Part shown: positions 1-9,653 of the stretch, piece by piece
Numbering within the stretch: position 1 is the stretch's first letter
How the letters are laid out: the number at the start of each line of letters is the position of its first letter
Sequence record: NC_042116.1
Reading direction: 5' to 3' (one strand)
DNA length: 64,000 nucleotides
Program-made: the position numbers and the translations under genes
The notes under the pieces: model-generated
Databases searched by the model: none
The model's input: only the letters and a program-made list of their open reading frames with translations
What the model was told of the DNA's origin: nothing

Positions 1-46
1 TGATTGATTCAGTACTAGATGATTTAGAAGAAGGTTCGCTATAATA

Positions 47-54
47 TATAAATA
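47..54 (+). promoter_or_regulatory. T4-type late promoter TATAAATA upstream of tail fibre gene
   Basis: Exact TATAAATA 34 nt upstream of the ATG at 89; T4 gp55-dependent late consensus. Confidence 0.65.
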
Positions 55-88
55 TCTCTATAATATATAAACTTGAGGACTGATTTAT

Positions 89-1723
89 ATGAGTATAAGA
101 TTTAATCATGCCAGTAATACTGTTACTGGTACAGATGTAATAACTTTAGTTGTTGAAGGAGGTTCACCAAGTTCTCCACGACCACTTAGAATTAATTCAT
201 CATCTGTGGTAATGCCAAATAAACAATTACCAGTTGGTGAATCTGGTGCTGTTGTTTTTGACATGAATTCAAAGACGTTAAAATATCATAATGGTATACA
301 ATGGGTAGAACTTTTATCACAAGATGATATACTTGCACCTATACAGATATCATTAACTGATATTTACAACCAATTAGCTAACCGTGTAAGTACTGTAACT
401 TATAGTACTAGTAATATACCAACTGCATCCGTAATTGGAACAAACTTAAATATTGTATTCCCAACTTCTGGTGGTGGCGGTAGCACCGCAATTCCTGGAT
501 TGTTTACATCTTCACCTCCAGGAAGTATAATGCAATATTCATTAATTTCTGGACAAAGTGTTTCATCAATTCGTGAACAACTTAGTGGTGAATCTGGTGG
601 TCAAGCTGGTCGTGACGGAAGTTCATCTTCACCTTTTGTAACAAAAACTGGTTGGTGTTTTGGTGATGGGTTGTATTGGACATGGAATGGTGAAGGTGGA
701 TCTATAACAAAATTAGTTCCTAATTTAAACCAAAATGCATATCTTAAAGGAATTACAACAACTGGAATTACAAAAACTGATGCAACTATAGCAGGTTCTG
801 GTAGTATAAGTTCAACTTCAATAACTGCACCACAACATTATCATGGGACTGGTATGATGTTGGGGTTATCTGGTCAAGTTGCTGATGATGCTATGTTCAT
901 AAGTAATAGAGTATGGAATGATGGAATTCAATACCAAGGTGTTCAAATAACAGGTGATGTTCAAAGTAGAGTTGTAGGAAATGTAAATGGTTCGGATTCA
1001 AGAACAGCATTAAGTACCACATTGGCTATATATACAGGTTCTGACACAACATCCCATACACATACATTAACTAACAACGATGTTGCACATTTTAATGTTG
1101 CAATGGTATATAATATTGCTGAACCAAGTTTAGCACTTAATCAAACTGCTGGTGATGCTAGATATGTACTTAAAGCTGGTGATATAATGACAGGTTCATT
1201 AACTATTGCTAACTCTGCAACAATATCTACCAATGATACTAGTAATATATTATGGTTTAGAAACGCAGCAGGTCTAGAACGTGCGGCTATATATCATAAT
1301 TCAACAACTAATACACTTAGATTAAGAAGTAATGGTGGTAATGAAGTTACTATTAATCAGGTAGGAAATTTAACTGCACCTACCTTGACAGTAACTGGTG
1401 TTGCAGCAACAGGGCCATTAACCGTAACTGGTAGAATAGTAGCATCTGACGATATATGGGCGTTTTCTGATATTAGATTGAAAGAAAATATGATTCCAAT
1501 TGATAGTGCACTTGATAAATTGGAAAAAATTACTGGATATATTGGTAATATGATAGGTGAAGATACTAAACGTTCTATGGTAAGTGCACAAGAACTTCAA
1601 CAAGTATTACCTGAAGCGGTAAGTACTAAAGATGAGTATTTGACAGTTAACTATTCTGCTATTATACCTCTATTAATTCAAAGTATTAACGAATTAAGAG
1701 AAGAAGTAAGGAGTAAAAAATAA
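89..1723 (+). CDS. Tail fibre protein with C-terminal intramolecular chaperone (peptidase S74) domain
   Basis: Gly/Ser/Thr-rich fibre body; C-terminal FSDIRLKEN...ALDKLEKITG...VNYSAIIPLLIQSINEL is the S74 autocleaving chaperone signature. Confidence 0.8.
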   Translation: MSIRFNHASNTVTGTDVITLVVEGGSPSSPRPLRINSSSVVMPNKQLPVGESGAVVFDMNSKTLKYHNGIQWVELLSQDDILAPIQISLTDIYNQLANRVSTVTYSTSNIPTASVIGTNLNIVFPTSGGGGSTAIPGLFTSSPPGSIMQYSLISGQSVSSIREQLSGESGGQAGRDGSSSSPFVTKTGWCFGDGLYWTWNGEGGSITKLVPNLNQNAYLKGITTTGITKTDATIAGSGSISSTSITAPQHYHGTGMMLGLSGQVADDAMFISNRVWNDGIQYQGVQITGDVQSRVVGNVNGSDSRTALSTTLAIYTGSDTTSHTHTLTNNDVAHFNVAMVYNIAEPSLALNQTAGDARYVLKAGDIMTGSLTIANSATISTNDTSNILWFRNAAGLERAAIYHNSTTNTLRLRSNGGNEVTINQVGNLTAPTLTVTGVAATGPLTVTGRIVASDDIWAFSDIRLKENMIPIDSALDKLEKITGYIGNMIGEDTKRSMVSAQELQQVLPEAVSTKDEYLTVNYSAIIPLLIQSINELREEVRSKK

Positions 1724-2289
1724 TGGCAATACCTTGTACTGGCACAATAAAAGCTTCTGATATAAATGTCGAGTTGGGACGTCCAACAAATGGTACATTT
1801 AAAATTGGAAGTCCAGATGAACGTGCATTAGCAGGTAAACCATCTGGTTTAATTAAATTTAGTGATTTTTATTGTAAATCTGCCGCAGATCCATTACCTT
1901 GGAATGCATTCTCTTTACAAACAATTGGTGGTCGCCCTATTAGTGGTGGTGTAGCACAATTATGGAACATTGATGGTAGTACTATTGGTATATGGGGTGG
2001 TTCTGTTGGGTTAATAAAATTCAATAATCATTTTTTACGTCCAATAACACAAGTAACGTTCCAAACTTATTATCAAAATACAAATGCATGGCATACTGTA
2101 TTTGTTTATGAAAGAACTAACACTGGTTCACAAGTAGCTTTAGGAAATTATGTTGGATTACAAACTTTCACGTTAAATGTTAATGTTCCTGCTGGTCAAG
2201 AGTTATGGTTTACTCTTTATGGTGGCGGTGACCAAGGAGATGCAAACTTAATGGATCTCTTTAGAATAACAAATGTGGTATATGCATAA
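1723..2289 (+). CDS. Putative fibre-tip adhesin (gp38-like N-terminal attachment module)
   Basis: N-terminus MAIPCTGTIKASDINVELG...RALAGKPSGLIKFSDFYCKS matches the helical module of T2/T6-type adhesins; TAATG overlap with the fibre gene. Confidence 0.55.
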   Translation: MAIPCTGTIKASDINVELGRPTNGTFKIGSPDERALAGKPSGLIKFSDFYCKSAADPLPWNAFSLQTIGGRPISGGVAQLWNIDGSTIGIWGGSVGLIKFNNHFLRPITQVTFQTYYQNTNAWHTVFVYERTNTGSQVALGNYVGLQTFTLNVNVPAGQELWFTLYGGGDQGDANLMDLFRITNVVYA

Positions 2290-2301
2290 TAAAAAGATTT
2301 T

Positions 2302-2330
2302 TGGAACAGGAAAAAATGTTCTGGTATAAT
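2302..2330 (+). promoter_or_regulatory. TGRAAY-N17-TATAAT promoter (TGGAAC, extended -10)
   Basis: tggaac 2302-2307, 17-nt spacer ending tgg, tataat 2325-2330. Confidence 0.75.
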
Positions 2331-2382
2331 AGAGGCATCCTAATGAGAAGTTAGGGTGCTTTTTTTATACATGGAGAACCAT

Positions 2383-2685
2383 ATGAGCAAGAAAACTGAA
2401 TCTAAGATCGAAGCACATGATTTAAATGATGTACAACGTAAAAAATTGAAAGATGGTTTAAATTCCGCAGTAGTTCAACTGTCTCACCTAGATACTCTTA
2501 AAGAATCATATGCTGATTTTATGGATACTTTAGCAGATGAAATTGGTCTTGACAAGGGTAAATTGAAAACAGCAGCAATGCGTATCTATAAACAAGATTT
2601 CTTTGATAAAGTACGTGCACAAGATGAAGTAGAAACAATTTTAACCGTATCTGGTAATTTATCAACACCAATGGATGATGAATAA
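2383..2685 (+). CDS. T4 DsbA/GapR-like dsDNA-binding protein (start revised to ATG 2383)
   Basis: About 100-aa helical protein; DTLADEIGLDKGKLKTAAMRIYKQD resembles T4 DsbA (DELGVDGKMFNRLLALYHKD); GGAG precedes 2383. Confidence 0.5.
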   Translation: MSKKTESKIEAHDLNDVQRKKLKDGLNSAVVQLSHLDTLKESYADFMDTLADEIGLDKGKLKTAAMRIYKQDFFDKVRAQDEVETILTVSGNLSTPMDDE

Positions 2686-2690
2686 AAAAA

Positions 2691-2720
2691 TAATGCCTCA
2701 ATGATGAGGCATTAACTTTT
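2691..2720. terminator. Intrinsic terminator-like hairpin
   Basis: taatgcctca-atga-tgaggcatta with A-run before and T-run after. Confidence 0.7.
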
Positions 2721-2746
2721 AAGTACGTGAATTATAAGGAGATAAG

Positions 2747-5700
2747 ATGTATATAGATGGATATATGGAACGAAAGAGGACAAAAGAAGTCCTTCACGTG
2801 GCTGAACGTGTTAATGGTAAACGTATTTTGCGAGAAATTGAACCTGTTTATGAGTATTTTGTAGAATCTCCATCAGGAACATTCAAAACTATCAATGGTA
2901 CTATGGCTGAAAAGTTTGAATTTACTAGACATCATGAAATGAAGCAAACTATGGAGAAATTACCTAGTACTGCAAAGATTTATGAATCTGATTGTAATGT
3001 TACATTTAAAACTTTAGCAAAACACTATATGGGTAAGCCATCTCCAGATTTAAATATAGTATTTTTCGATATCGAAACTGATTTTCATCCAAAATTTGGA
3101 TATGCATCTCCAAGTGATCCTTTCAACCGAGTAACTGCAATTTCTTTATATCAAAGCTGGACAGGAAAGGACTATGTTCTTACAATGGCACCTTCTGATA
3201 TGGATAATGTAGAAGCACAAGATATTATCAACCGTTTGAACCACGAAACTAATGACCCTAACAGTACTGTATTGTTATATACAGATGAAGCTGAAATGTT
3301 TTCGGATTTTTTCGATTTGATTGAAGATTCTGACATTTTATCAGGATGGAATAGTGAATTTTATGATATTCCTTATATGGTTAATAGAACTCGTAAGATA
3401 TTCAACGAAGCGACTTTAGCTAGATGGTGCTTGTGGAATCGAAAGCCAAATGCTCGTGAAGCTGATATGTTTGGTAAAACTATTGTAACATATGACCTAG
3501 TTGGTCGTGTACACTTAGATTATCTTTCATTATATAAGAAACATGCTGGTCAAGTAGAACAATCTTATAAATTGGACTATATTGCTGAAAAAGTAACTGG
3601 TGAAAACAAAGTTTCATATGATGGTTCATTGGATAAGTTGTATCGAGAAGATTACTTAACGTTTTTACGTTATTCTAAACAAGATAGTATTCTATTAAAG
3701 AAAATAGATGATAAGATGGACTTCATTAATCTACATAACCGATTGGCTCATAAAGAATGTGTACTTATTAGTACTACAATGGGTTCAGTGGCATTGATTG
3801 ATACTGCTATCATTAATCTATCTCATAAACGTGGTGAAGTAGTATTCAATAAACGAAAACTTGATGATGAAGATGAAAGTTATGATTATCAAGAATATGA
3901 AGATTATGATGATGAGGACGAAGACGACGAACCAAAAGCAGGATCGAAAGCCGCAGGTGCATGGGTACAAGATCCAGTACTTGGATTAATTGACTTCTTG
4001 GGTTGTATTGACTTTAACTCATTATATCCAACAGTATTACGTGCGTTAGGTATGAGTACTGAATGTATTCTTGGACAATTGCGTCAAACATATACTGATG
4101 CATATCTTGCTGAACGTATTGATGAACAACGAATGAAATTCCGTGGAAGAGGTAAATTTGAACCTAAATGGACTGAAGCATGGCATGGTTTATTTGCTAG
4201 TGTTGAATTTACAATGGTTCGTGAGAAATCAGACGATATTATCACTGTAGATTTGGAAGATGGTTCATCATTCCAAGCATCTGGTGCAGAATTATATGAT
4301 ATTATATTTGGTGAAGATAGTACTATAGTATTAAGTGCTAATGGTACATTGTTTGATAAAACCAAGTATGGTGTAATTCCTGAAATTCTTACTATTTGGT
4401 ATTCTGAACGTAAAGCTCAGCAAAAAATGGTAATCGATTACAAACATCTTGCAACGGATGGTTGGGAATTAGCAAGTGAAATTGTTTCTGAATTAGAAGA
4501 AGCATTAAAATTATTACAATATGGTAATAGTTTGCATAAAACGAACTTACATGAAGACGACCCTGTATATCTTATTAGATTAGCATTGGGATCTGGTGAT
4601 ATAAGTTCAGCAGCTAAGATCATTGCTGATAATGGTATGCGTTTTGAAGGTGGTAAGTTGTATTCACCTGAAGAAGATAAAAAGTACTGTAAAGTTCAAT
4701 CATCTTTCTGGAAACAGAATCAACAAATCCGTAAAATTTTGTTAAACTCACTATATGGTGCGTTATTGAACAAAGGTTCTAGATTCTTTGATAAGAGATT
4801 AGGTCAATCAGTAACCTTAACGGGTCGTAGTATGACTAAACACCTTGCAAGTAAGATTAATGAAGTATGTACTGAAAATTATGATCATGGTGGTGGTGTA
4901 GTTGTATATGGTGATACCGATTCTGTGTATTTTAGTGTAGCACATTATTATAAAGAGAATGATATTTCATTTGATTTATCTAAAGAAGAAGTAATTGAGC
5001 TATATCAAATGATTGGTGATACAGTAGGTTCATCATTCCCATCATTTATGGATGAAACCTTTAATACTGGTATAGATAATGGTAAAATTGTAGGGGCTGA
5101 TCTGGAAATGGTAGGTTCTCGTGGTCTATTTTTGAAAAAGAAACGCTATGCTATACTAAAATATTGGGAAGATGGTTTCCGTTTAGATGTTGAAGGTAAA
5201 CCTGGAAAAGTTAAAGCAATGGGTCTTGAAATTAAACGTTCAGATACACCAAAATACATTCAAAATTTCTTAGAAGACACATTAACATCATTGCTTGTTG
5301 GGTCAGAAGAAGATGTATTACGTGCGAAAGTTCGTGAATTCAAAAAGCTATTCAAAGATCGTCCTTCATATGAGAAAGGTCAACCTAAAACCGTTAAAAA
5401 TTATTCTAATAAATTTAAAGAATATGAAGAAACTGGTAAATGTAGAGTTGGACATGTTCTTGCAGCAATACAATGGAACAAATTACGTACTATATATGAT
5501 GATATGACTGTTCCAGAAGCAACTGATGGAACTAAAGTTATAGTTTGTAAGTTAAAACCAAATCCATATGGTATTACATCGGTTGGCTATCCTATTGACT
5601 GTACCGAATATCTACCAGAATGGTTTTTATCATTACCATTTGATGACGATGATATGGAAAAAGCAGTACTAACTAAAAAATTAGGAAATATATTTGGTAT

Positions 5701-5773
5701 TTTGGATATGGACTTGGCTATTGATGAAAAAAGTTCAATTGAATTGAATACTGGTTTCCTAGAGTGGATATAA
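2747..5773 (+). CDS. gp43: Family B DNA polymerase (T4 gp43-like) with 3'-5' exonuclease
   Basis: ExoI FFDIETD, ExoII GWNSEFYDIPY, motif A IDFNSLYP, motif B KILLNSLYG, motif C YGDTDS. Confidence 0.97.
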   Translation: MYIDGYMERKRTKEVLHVAERVNGKRILREIEPVYEYFVESPSGTFKTINGTMAEKFEFTRHHEMKQTMEKLPSTAKIYESDCNVTFKTLAKHYMGKPSPDLNIVFFDIETDFHPKFGYASPSDPFNRVTAISLYQSWTGKDYVLTMAPSDMDNVEAQDIINRLNHETNDPNSTVLLYTDEAEMFSDFFDLIEDSDILSGWNSEFYDIPYMVNRTRKIFNEATLARWCLWNRKPNAREADMFGKTIVTYDLVGRVHLDYLSLYKKHAGQVEQSYKLDYIAEKVTGENKVSYDGSLDKLYREDYLTFLRYSKQDSILLKKIDDKMDFINLHNRLAHKECVLISTTMGSVALIDTAIINLSHKRGEVVFNKRKLDDEDESYDYQEYEDYDDEDEDDEPKAGSKAAGAWVQDPVLGLIDFLGCIDFNSLYPTVLRALGMSTECILGQLRQTYTDAYLAERIDEQRMKFRGRGKFEPKWTEAWHGLFASVEFTMVREKSDDIITVDLEDGSSFQASGAELYDIIFGEDSTIVLSANGTLFDKTKYGVIPEILTIWYSERKAQQKMVIDYKHLATDGWELASEIVSELEEALKLLQYGNSLHKTNLHEDDPVYLIRLALGSGDISSAAKIIADNGMRFEGGKLYSPEEDKKYCKVQSSFWKQNQQIRKILLNSLYGALLNKGSRFFDKRLGQSVTLTGRSMTKHLASKINEVCTENYDHGGGVVVYGDTDSVYFSVAHYYKENDISFDLSKEEVIELYQMIGDTVGSSFPSFMDETFNTGIDNGKIVGADLEMVGSRGLFLKKKRYAILKYWEDGFRLDVEGKPGKVKAMGLEIKRSDTPKYIQNFLEDTLTSLLVGSEEDVLRAKVREFKKLFKDRPSYEKGQPKTVKNYSNKFKEYEETGKCRVGHVLAAIQWNKLRTIYDDMTVPEATDGTKVIVCKLKPNPYGITSVGYPIDCTEYLPEWFLSLPFDDDDMEKAVLTKKLGNIFGILDMDLAIDEKSSIELNTGFLEWI

Positions 5774-5784
5774 AAGGAAAATAT

Positions 5785-6237
5785 ATGAATAACTATGACA
5801 ATCTTTTTCAAAGAATTGGAGAAGCATTAACTTCTGGTGGTGAATATAACATTATTCGTGCTAATGATGATAATGAAATTGCCATTTTGAATAATGCTGG
5901 ATTTGTACAAATTGGATCTATGAAAGATGGAGACACTATAGTGTCTCTATTTAAAATTGAGTTAAAAGCAAAAGAAGTTATTAAAATAGTAGAAGTACCT
6001 ACTAAACTATCACCACCTTGGAATAATTCTCCAATTGATCGTCAACCATTTTGGGATAATTCACCAAATGACCGTCAACCTTACATAACTAATACTCCAC
6101 ATATAATGTATAGTACTGGAACTGGTGATACATCAGAATGGATGTATAAAAAATACAACAATTCTGTAGATCTTACTTTATCAACAGAACTATACAAATT
6201 AGCAACTCTTAAAGCACCTAAACATAATAATACTTAA
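5785..6237 (+). CDS. Hypothetical protein (start revised to ATG 5785)
   Basis: ORF with AAGGA SD; no recognisable motif. Confidence 0.6.
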   Translation: MNNYDNLFQRIGEALTSGGEYNIIRANDDNEIAILNNAGFVQIGSMKDGDTIVSLFKIELKAKEVIKIVEVPTKLSPPWNNSPIDRQPFWDNSPNDRQPYITNTPHIMYSTGTGDTSEWMYKKYNNSVDLTLSTELYKLATLKAPKHNNT

Positions 6238-6243
6238 AATTTT

Positions 6244-6272
6244 TGAAACGTATACAATTAATCTGGTATAAT
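6244..6272 (+). promoter_or_regulatory. TGRAAY-N17-TATAAT promoter overlapped by a 14-bp perfect inverted repeat
   Basis: tgaaac 6244-6249, tataat 6267-6272; IR arms 6247-6260 and 6269-6282. Confidence 0.75.
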
Positions 6273-6303
6273 TGTATACGTTAACAACATGGAGAATTAA
6301 CAA

Positions 6304-7035
6304 ATGGAATTACGTGACGTACTACGCGACCTAGTAACTACAACTGCTGGAATTGATTTTGATTGTATCGCTATTTCTAGTGAAGATCGGGGTCAAGGTC
6401 AACGAATTTATATGGAAGCATATACTGGCGATAAAAACTTAGTTATGAGAGCATATACTAAGGAAGATGTACCTGAAGTTGTTGGGCGTTTTGGTATTGG
6501 TAATCTTGGAATGCTTCAAGGTCTATTAAATCTAAATGTTTACAAATCAGAAAGTACTAAAATAAGTGTGAATGCAAAAGATGGTATTGTAAAAAGTCTT
6601 TCATTTGCTTCAGACGATGCAAACACCAACTATCTAGTAGTTGCAGAAAAATTTATTCCACCTCAACCACGTTTCACTGACAAACCATATGACGTACAGG
6701 TTACACCTAGTGCTTCAAAAGTCAATGAGCTAAAAAGCTTCTCAGGAGTGTTTAAATCATTCACTGCTCACGTTACTCCCTTTACTGAGAACGGAAGTTT
6801 GTATTTTTACGTAGGTGAGAAGAATAAAAATAACCATACAGGTACATTATTATTCTCTAAAACAGATGGTGAGTTATCTCAAGGTTATGGCTATCCTATT
6901 GAACGTGTTCTACAAGCATTGAACCGCGTATCCAATGCTGAACAAAAATCAATTGGGATTACCAAAACTGGTATGTTTAATGTAACAGTAGATACTGGTA
7001 TTGCAGTTTATAGCATCTATGTAAGTGGTTGCTAA
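6304..7035 (+). CDS. Putative sliding clamp (gp45/PCNA-like)
   Basis: 243 aa with a two-domain alpha/beta pattern, GxFGIGNLxxL motif and terminal FNVTVDTGIAVYSIYV strand, close to PolB; judged by eye. Confidence 0.6.
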   Translation: MELRDVLRDLVTTTAGIDFDCIAISSEDRGQGQRIYMEAYTGDKNLVMRAYTKEDVPEVVGRFGIGNLGMLQGLLNLNVYKSESTKISVNAKDGIVKSLSFASDDANTNYLVVAEKFIPPQPRFTDKPYDVQVTPSASKVNELKSFSGVFKSFTAHVTPFTENGSLYFYVGEKNKNNHTGTLLFSKTDGELSQGYGYPIERVLQALNRVSNAEQKSIGITKTGMFNVTVDTGIAVYSIYVSGC

Positions 7036-7043
7036 TATTTTAC

Positions 7044-7066
7044 ATGGGGGTTTATCCCCCATTTTT
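7044..7066 (+). terminator. Intrinsic terminator
   Basis: atggggg-tttat-cccccat followed by T-run. Confidence 0.7.
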
Positions 7067-7079
7067 ATTGGAAAAAATA

Positions 7080-7694
7080 ATGAGTACCCCAAGATTTATT
7101 GCTGATACCCATATGGGTCATAGAAATATATGGAAATTTAGACCAGTTTTTGAAAGTACCTTACACAACGATTTGTATTTCCAATATGTACTGGCTGAAA
7201 TTTGTACAAAACGAGATTCAATGTTCTTTTTAGGTGATATTCTTTTTGATGAAAAATACTTACCATTTATTAAAGAATTACCTGGTACTAAAATTTTAGT
7301 ACTTGGAAATCATTGTACTGAATATATTAGTACTAAAAAATTATGTGATGCATTTGATGAAGTTCATTCAATGATTCGATATAAAGAATTTTGGCTAACT
7401 CATGCTCCTATACATCCAGATGAATTACGTGAAAAGAAAAATATTCATGGACATGTTCACACTGAATCTATAAATGATTTTAATTATTTAAATGTATCAG
7501 TAGATAGTTCATTTATGAATTTTTTACCTAAGACATTACTAGAAGTTAGACAGGCATTTGCTACAGTAAATACAGAGCAAAAGATTTATGCTGGTGTTGA
7601 TAATGAAAATGCACTTAATGTTATAGAGAGTAATCCTATTTCAAAAAATGCATATTATAGATCACTTGCTGAGTCAAGAAAAATAACTGTCTAA
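7080..7694 (+). CDS. Calcineurin-like metallophosphoesterase (start revised to ATG 7080)
   Basis: Motifs DTHMGH, LGD, GNH, THAP, HGHVH. Confidence 0.9.
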   Translation: MSTPRFIADTHMGHRNIWKFRPVFESTLHNDLYFQYVLAEICTKRDSMFFLGDILFDEKYLPFIKELPGTKILVLGNHCTEYISTKKLCDAFDEVHSMIRYKEFWLTHAPIHPDELREKKNIHGHVHTESINDFNYLNVSVDSSFMNFLPKTLLEVRQAFATVNTEQKIYAGVDNENALNVIESNPISKNAYYRSLAESRKITV

Positions 7695-7703
7695 GGAGTA
7701 GAT

Positions 7704-7913
7704 ATGCCATTATATACATATCGTTGTTCTATTGAAGAATGCGACCATAGTGTAGAAAAGATTGTAAAAATTGCAGATCGTGAAGCTACCACGCTTGATT
7801 GTCCAGAATGTGGTACTGAAAAAAGTATGCAATATGAAACATTCACACCAGGTGATAAAGGTAGTAATTTATATTTCAGAGGGAATTGGTTTGCCAATAC
7901 AGGCGGCTATTAA
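7704..7913 (+). CDS. FmdB-family zinc-ribbon protein
   Basis: MPLYTYRCxxxxC...CPECG signature. Confidence 0.8.
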   Translation: MPLYTYRCSIEECDHSVEKIVKIADREATTLDCPECGTEKSMQYETFTPGDKGSNLYFRGNWFANTGGY

Positions 7914-7932
7914 AGTTGATTGGAGTTAATAC

Positions 7933-8220
7933 ATGCAATTAAAAATGATTAACGATTATGTGCTAATTGCACTAATTGATAATAATAGGGTAACATCGAG
8001 TGGTTTAATCTTAACCACAGTTGAACCTCCTTGTACTGGAACAGTACTATCAGTGGGTCCAGGAAGATTTTTAGATACTGGTGACCGAGAAGAACACAAC
8101 TTAGAAGTTGGTGACGTTGTAATTTTTGGTAAATCTTCACTAAATATGCCAGTAGAAGAAGATAATGTAAAATATTATGTTATGAAAATTGGTGATATAT
8201 TCGGGAAGAAAAATGGCTAA
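7933..8220 (+). CDS. groES: Co-chaperonin GroES homologue 1
   Basis: DYVLI...TSSGLIL...GTVLSVGPG...VGDVVIFGK...YYVMKIGDIFG, canonical cpn10 pattern. Confidence 0.9.
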   Translation: MQLKMINDYVLIALIDNNRVTSSGLILTTVEPPCTGTVLSVGPGRFLDTGDREEHNLEVGDVVIFGKSSLNMPVEEDNVKYYVMKIGDIFGKKNG

Positions 8221-8938
8221 CAAAATTATACCATTCTGGTTGTACCCTTCTCATTGGGGTCTAAAAGGTCAAGCTAAAGAGCTTGCACAAATTAATTTTT
8301 ATTTTGATGGTGTTGAAGCAGATCTAAAACGTGCAGATATTATATATCTCACTAAGTCAGAATGTGAACATGCAAAAAATGAAATTAAATTTAAATATAA
8401 TTTATATGATGAGTTTCAGTATGAATTAAACAAATTACAAATAGATTTGAACATTAATGTAATTACTGCACATGAAGTAGAATTGCTAACTTTGCAATTG
8501 AAATTAAAACATAATCGCATTGATGAAAAAACTTATGATAGTGAATTTGTTGAACTAATTAAAGATGATGAACAGAAATACATTGCAGCATTGAATTATT
8601 CATTAAAATATGGTGATATTACACAAGATGAATATGAAAAAGAACTAAAAACTCATGAAAAAGAGCCTTGGTTTAAATTTGATATTGAATTTGATGAAGG
8701 TGAAAATGATTTAGTAGTTACTTTTGATTATAATGAATATTTTTGGAAGAAATTGCGTAGTGAAGGACACCCAGGTAATGATGAACATGAAATCATTGAT
8801 AACTTTATTAAAGATTGGGGTCGTAAATTAGCAACTGAAGACTACAATGGTGACTATGACACAAAGTTAACAAGTCAGAACGACGAGATGAATCAAGCGA
8901 CTGGTACTACTGACACAGGTTTTAAGATTTACGAATAA
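8213..8938 (+). CDS. Hypothetical helical protein (start revised to ATG 8213)
   Basis: PFWLYPSHWGLKG N-terminal motif; no assigned function. Confidence 0.65.
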   Translation: MANKIIPFWLYPSHWGLKGQAKELAQINFYFDGVEADLKRADIIYLTKSECEHAKNEIKFKYNLYDEFQYELNKLQIDLNINVITAHEVELLTLQLKLKHNRIDEKTYDSEFVELIKDDEQKYIAALNYSLKYGDITQDEYEKELKTHEKEPWFKFDIEFDEGENDLVVTFDYNEYFWKKLRSEGHPGNDEHEIIDNFIKDWGRKLATEDYNGDYDTKLTSQNDEMNQATGTTDTGFKIYE

Positions 8939-8967
8939 AAAAAGGAGAACATAATGTTCTCCTTTTT
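8939..8967. terminator. Bidirectional terminator between convergent genes
   Basis: aaaaaggagaaca-taa-tgttctccttttt, 13-bp perfect stem. Confidence 0.8.
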
Positions 8968-8980
8968 CGTTTTTATAATA

Positions 8981-9637
8981 TTATAGTGACAAAGCTGGAA
9001 TAGTTTTATACACTTTAATAGCAAAGTTACCAGCAGTAGCAGCAGTAGCAGAAGAAGCTAAAATAACTTCAGTACCAGTACTGGTTAGCATTGGAACACC
9101 AGTAAGATCATCGATTAATAGACGACCTTCATCGATTGCACCAGATGGAACACCTTGGAAAGTTGTAAGATCTTTATCAAAAACATTTGCACGTTCTACC
9201 AAGAATGTGATAACATTTGCAGAAGCAACAGAAGCCGCACCAGTAACACCTGAAGGGGCATTCTTGAAGCCAGCAACCGCTACAGCAGCAGCAGTATCAG
9301 AAGTTGATAGGATGACCGCACGTTGTTGAACAATGTCAATGACACGCTTTACGTTGGTTTGAGCGGCATATGCAGCAGTATAATCAGCAGCTAGTGATAC
9401 AGCAACGAATGCAGTACCATCAACACGAGTCACACCTTTATCATTCAAAAATACAATGATAGTATCTGCATCTTCGGTGTTAAGAAAACGTTGTAGCTCA
9501 GTAAAAGATGCAACAGCACCAGTAACTTTAACAACTACGTTTGAAGCACCACCGATAGCAATAGATACTAGGGCGTTTTTACCATAGAAATAGCCAAGTA
9601 CACCAGATTCAGAAAAACCATTAATACGTTCTAACAT
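8981..9637 (-). CDS. Putative virion structural protein (paralogue of 9654..10202)
   Basis: Ala/Val/Gly-rich; shares QRAV(I/L), ITF(L/I)VER and AIKV motifs with its neighbour; AGGAGG SD; late promoter upstream. Confidence 0.55.
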   Translation of the reverse strand: MLERINGFSESGVLGYFYGKNALVSIAIGGASNVVVKVTGAVASFTELQRFLNTEDADTIIVFLNDKGVTRVDGTAFVAVSLAADYTAAYAAQTNVKRVIDIVQQRAVILSTSDTAAAVAVAGFKNAPSGVTGAASVASANVITFLVERANVFDKDLTTFQGVPSGAIDEGRLLIDDLTGVPMLTSTGTEVILASSATAATAGNFAIKVYKTIPALSL

Positions 9638-9653
9638 ATTTTAGTCCTCCTTA

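Noticed and set aside
3860-3930. GAT/GAA/GAC triplet-rich stretch as a DNA repeat element
   Set aside because: It is simply the coding sequence of an Asp/Glu-rich PolB loop, with no fixed repeat unit.
2747-5773. Possible intein in the long PolB insertions
   Set aside because: No N-terminal Cys/Ser block A, no His-Asn/Cys junction and no LAGLIDADG motifs.
8225-8253. Antisense TGGTATAAT inside gene 8213
   Set aside because: The -35 position reads TGAGAA rather than TGRAAY and no downstream antisense ORF; likely chance.
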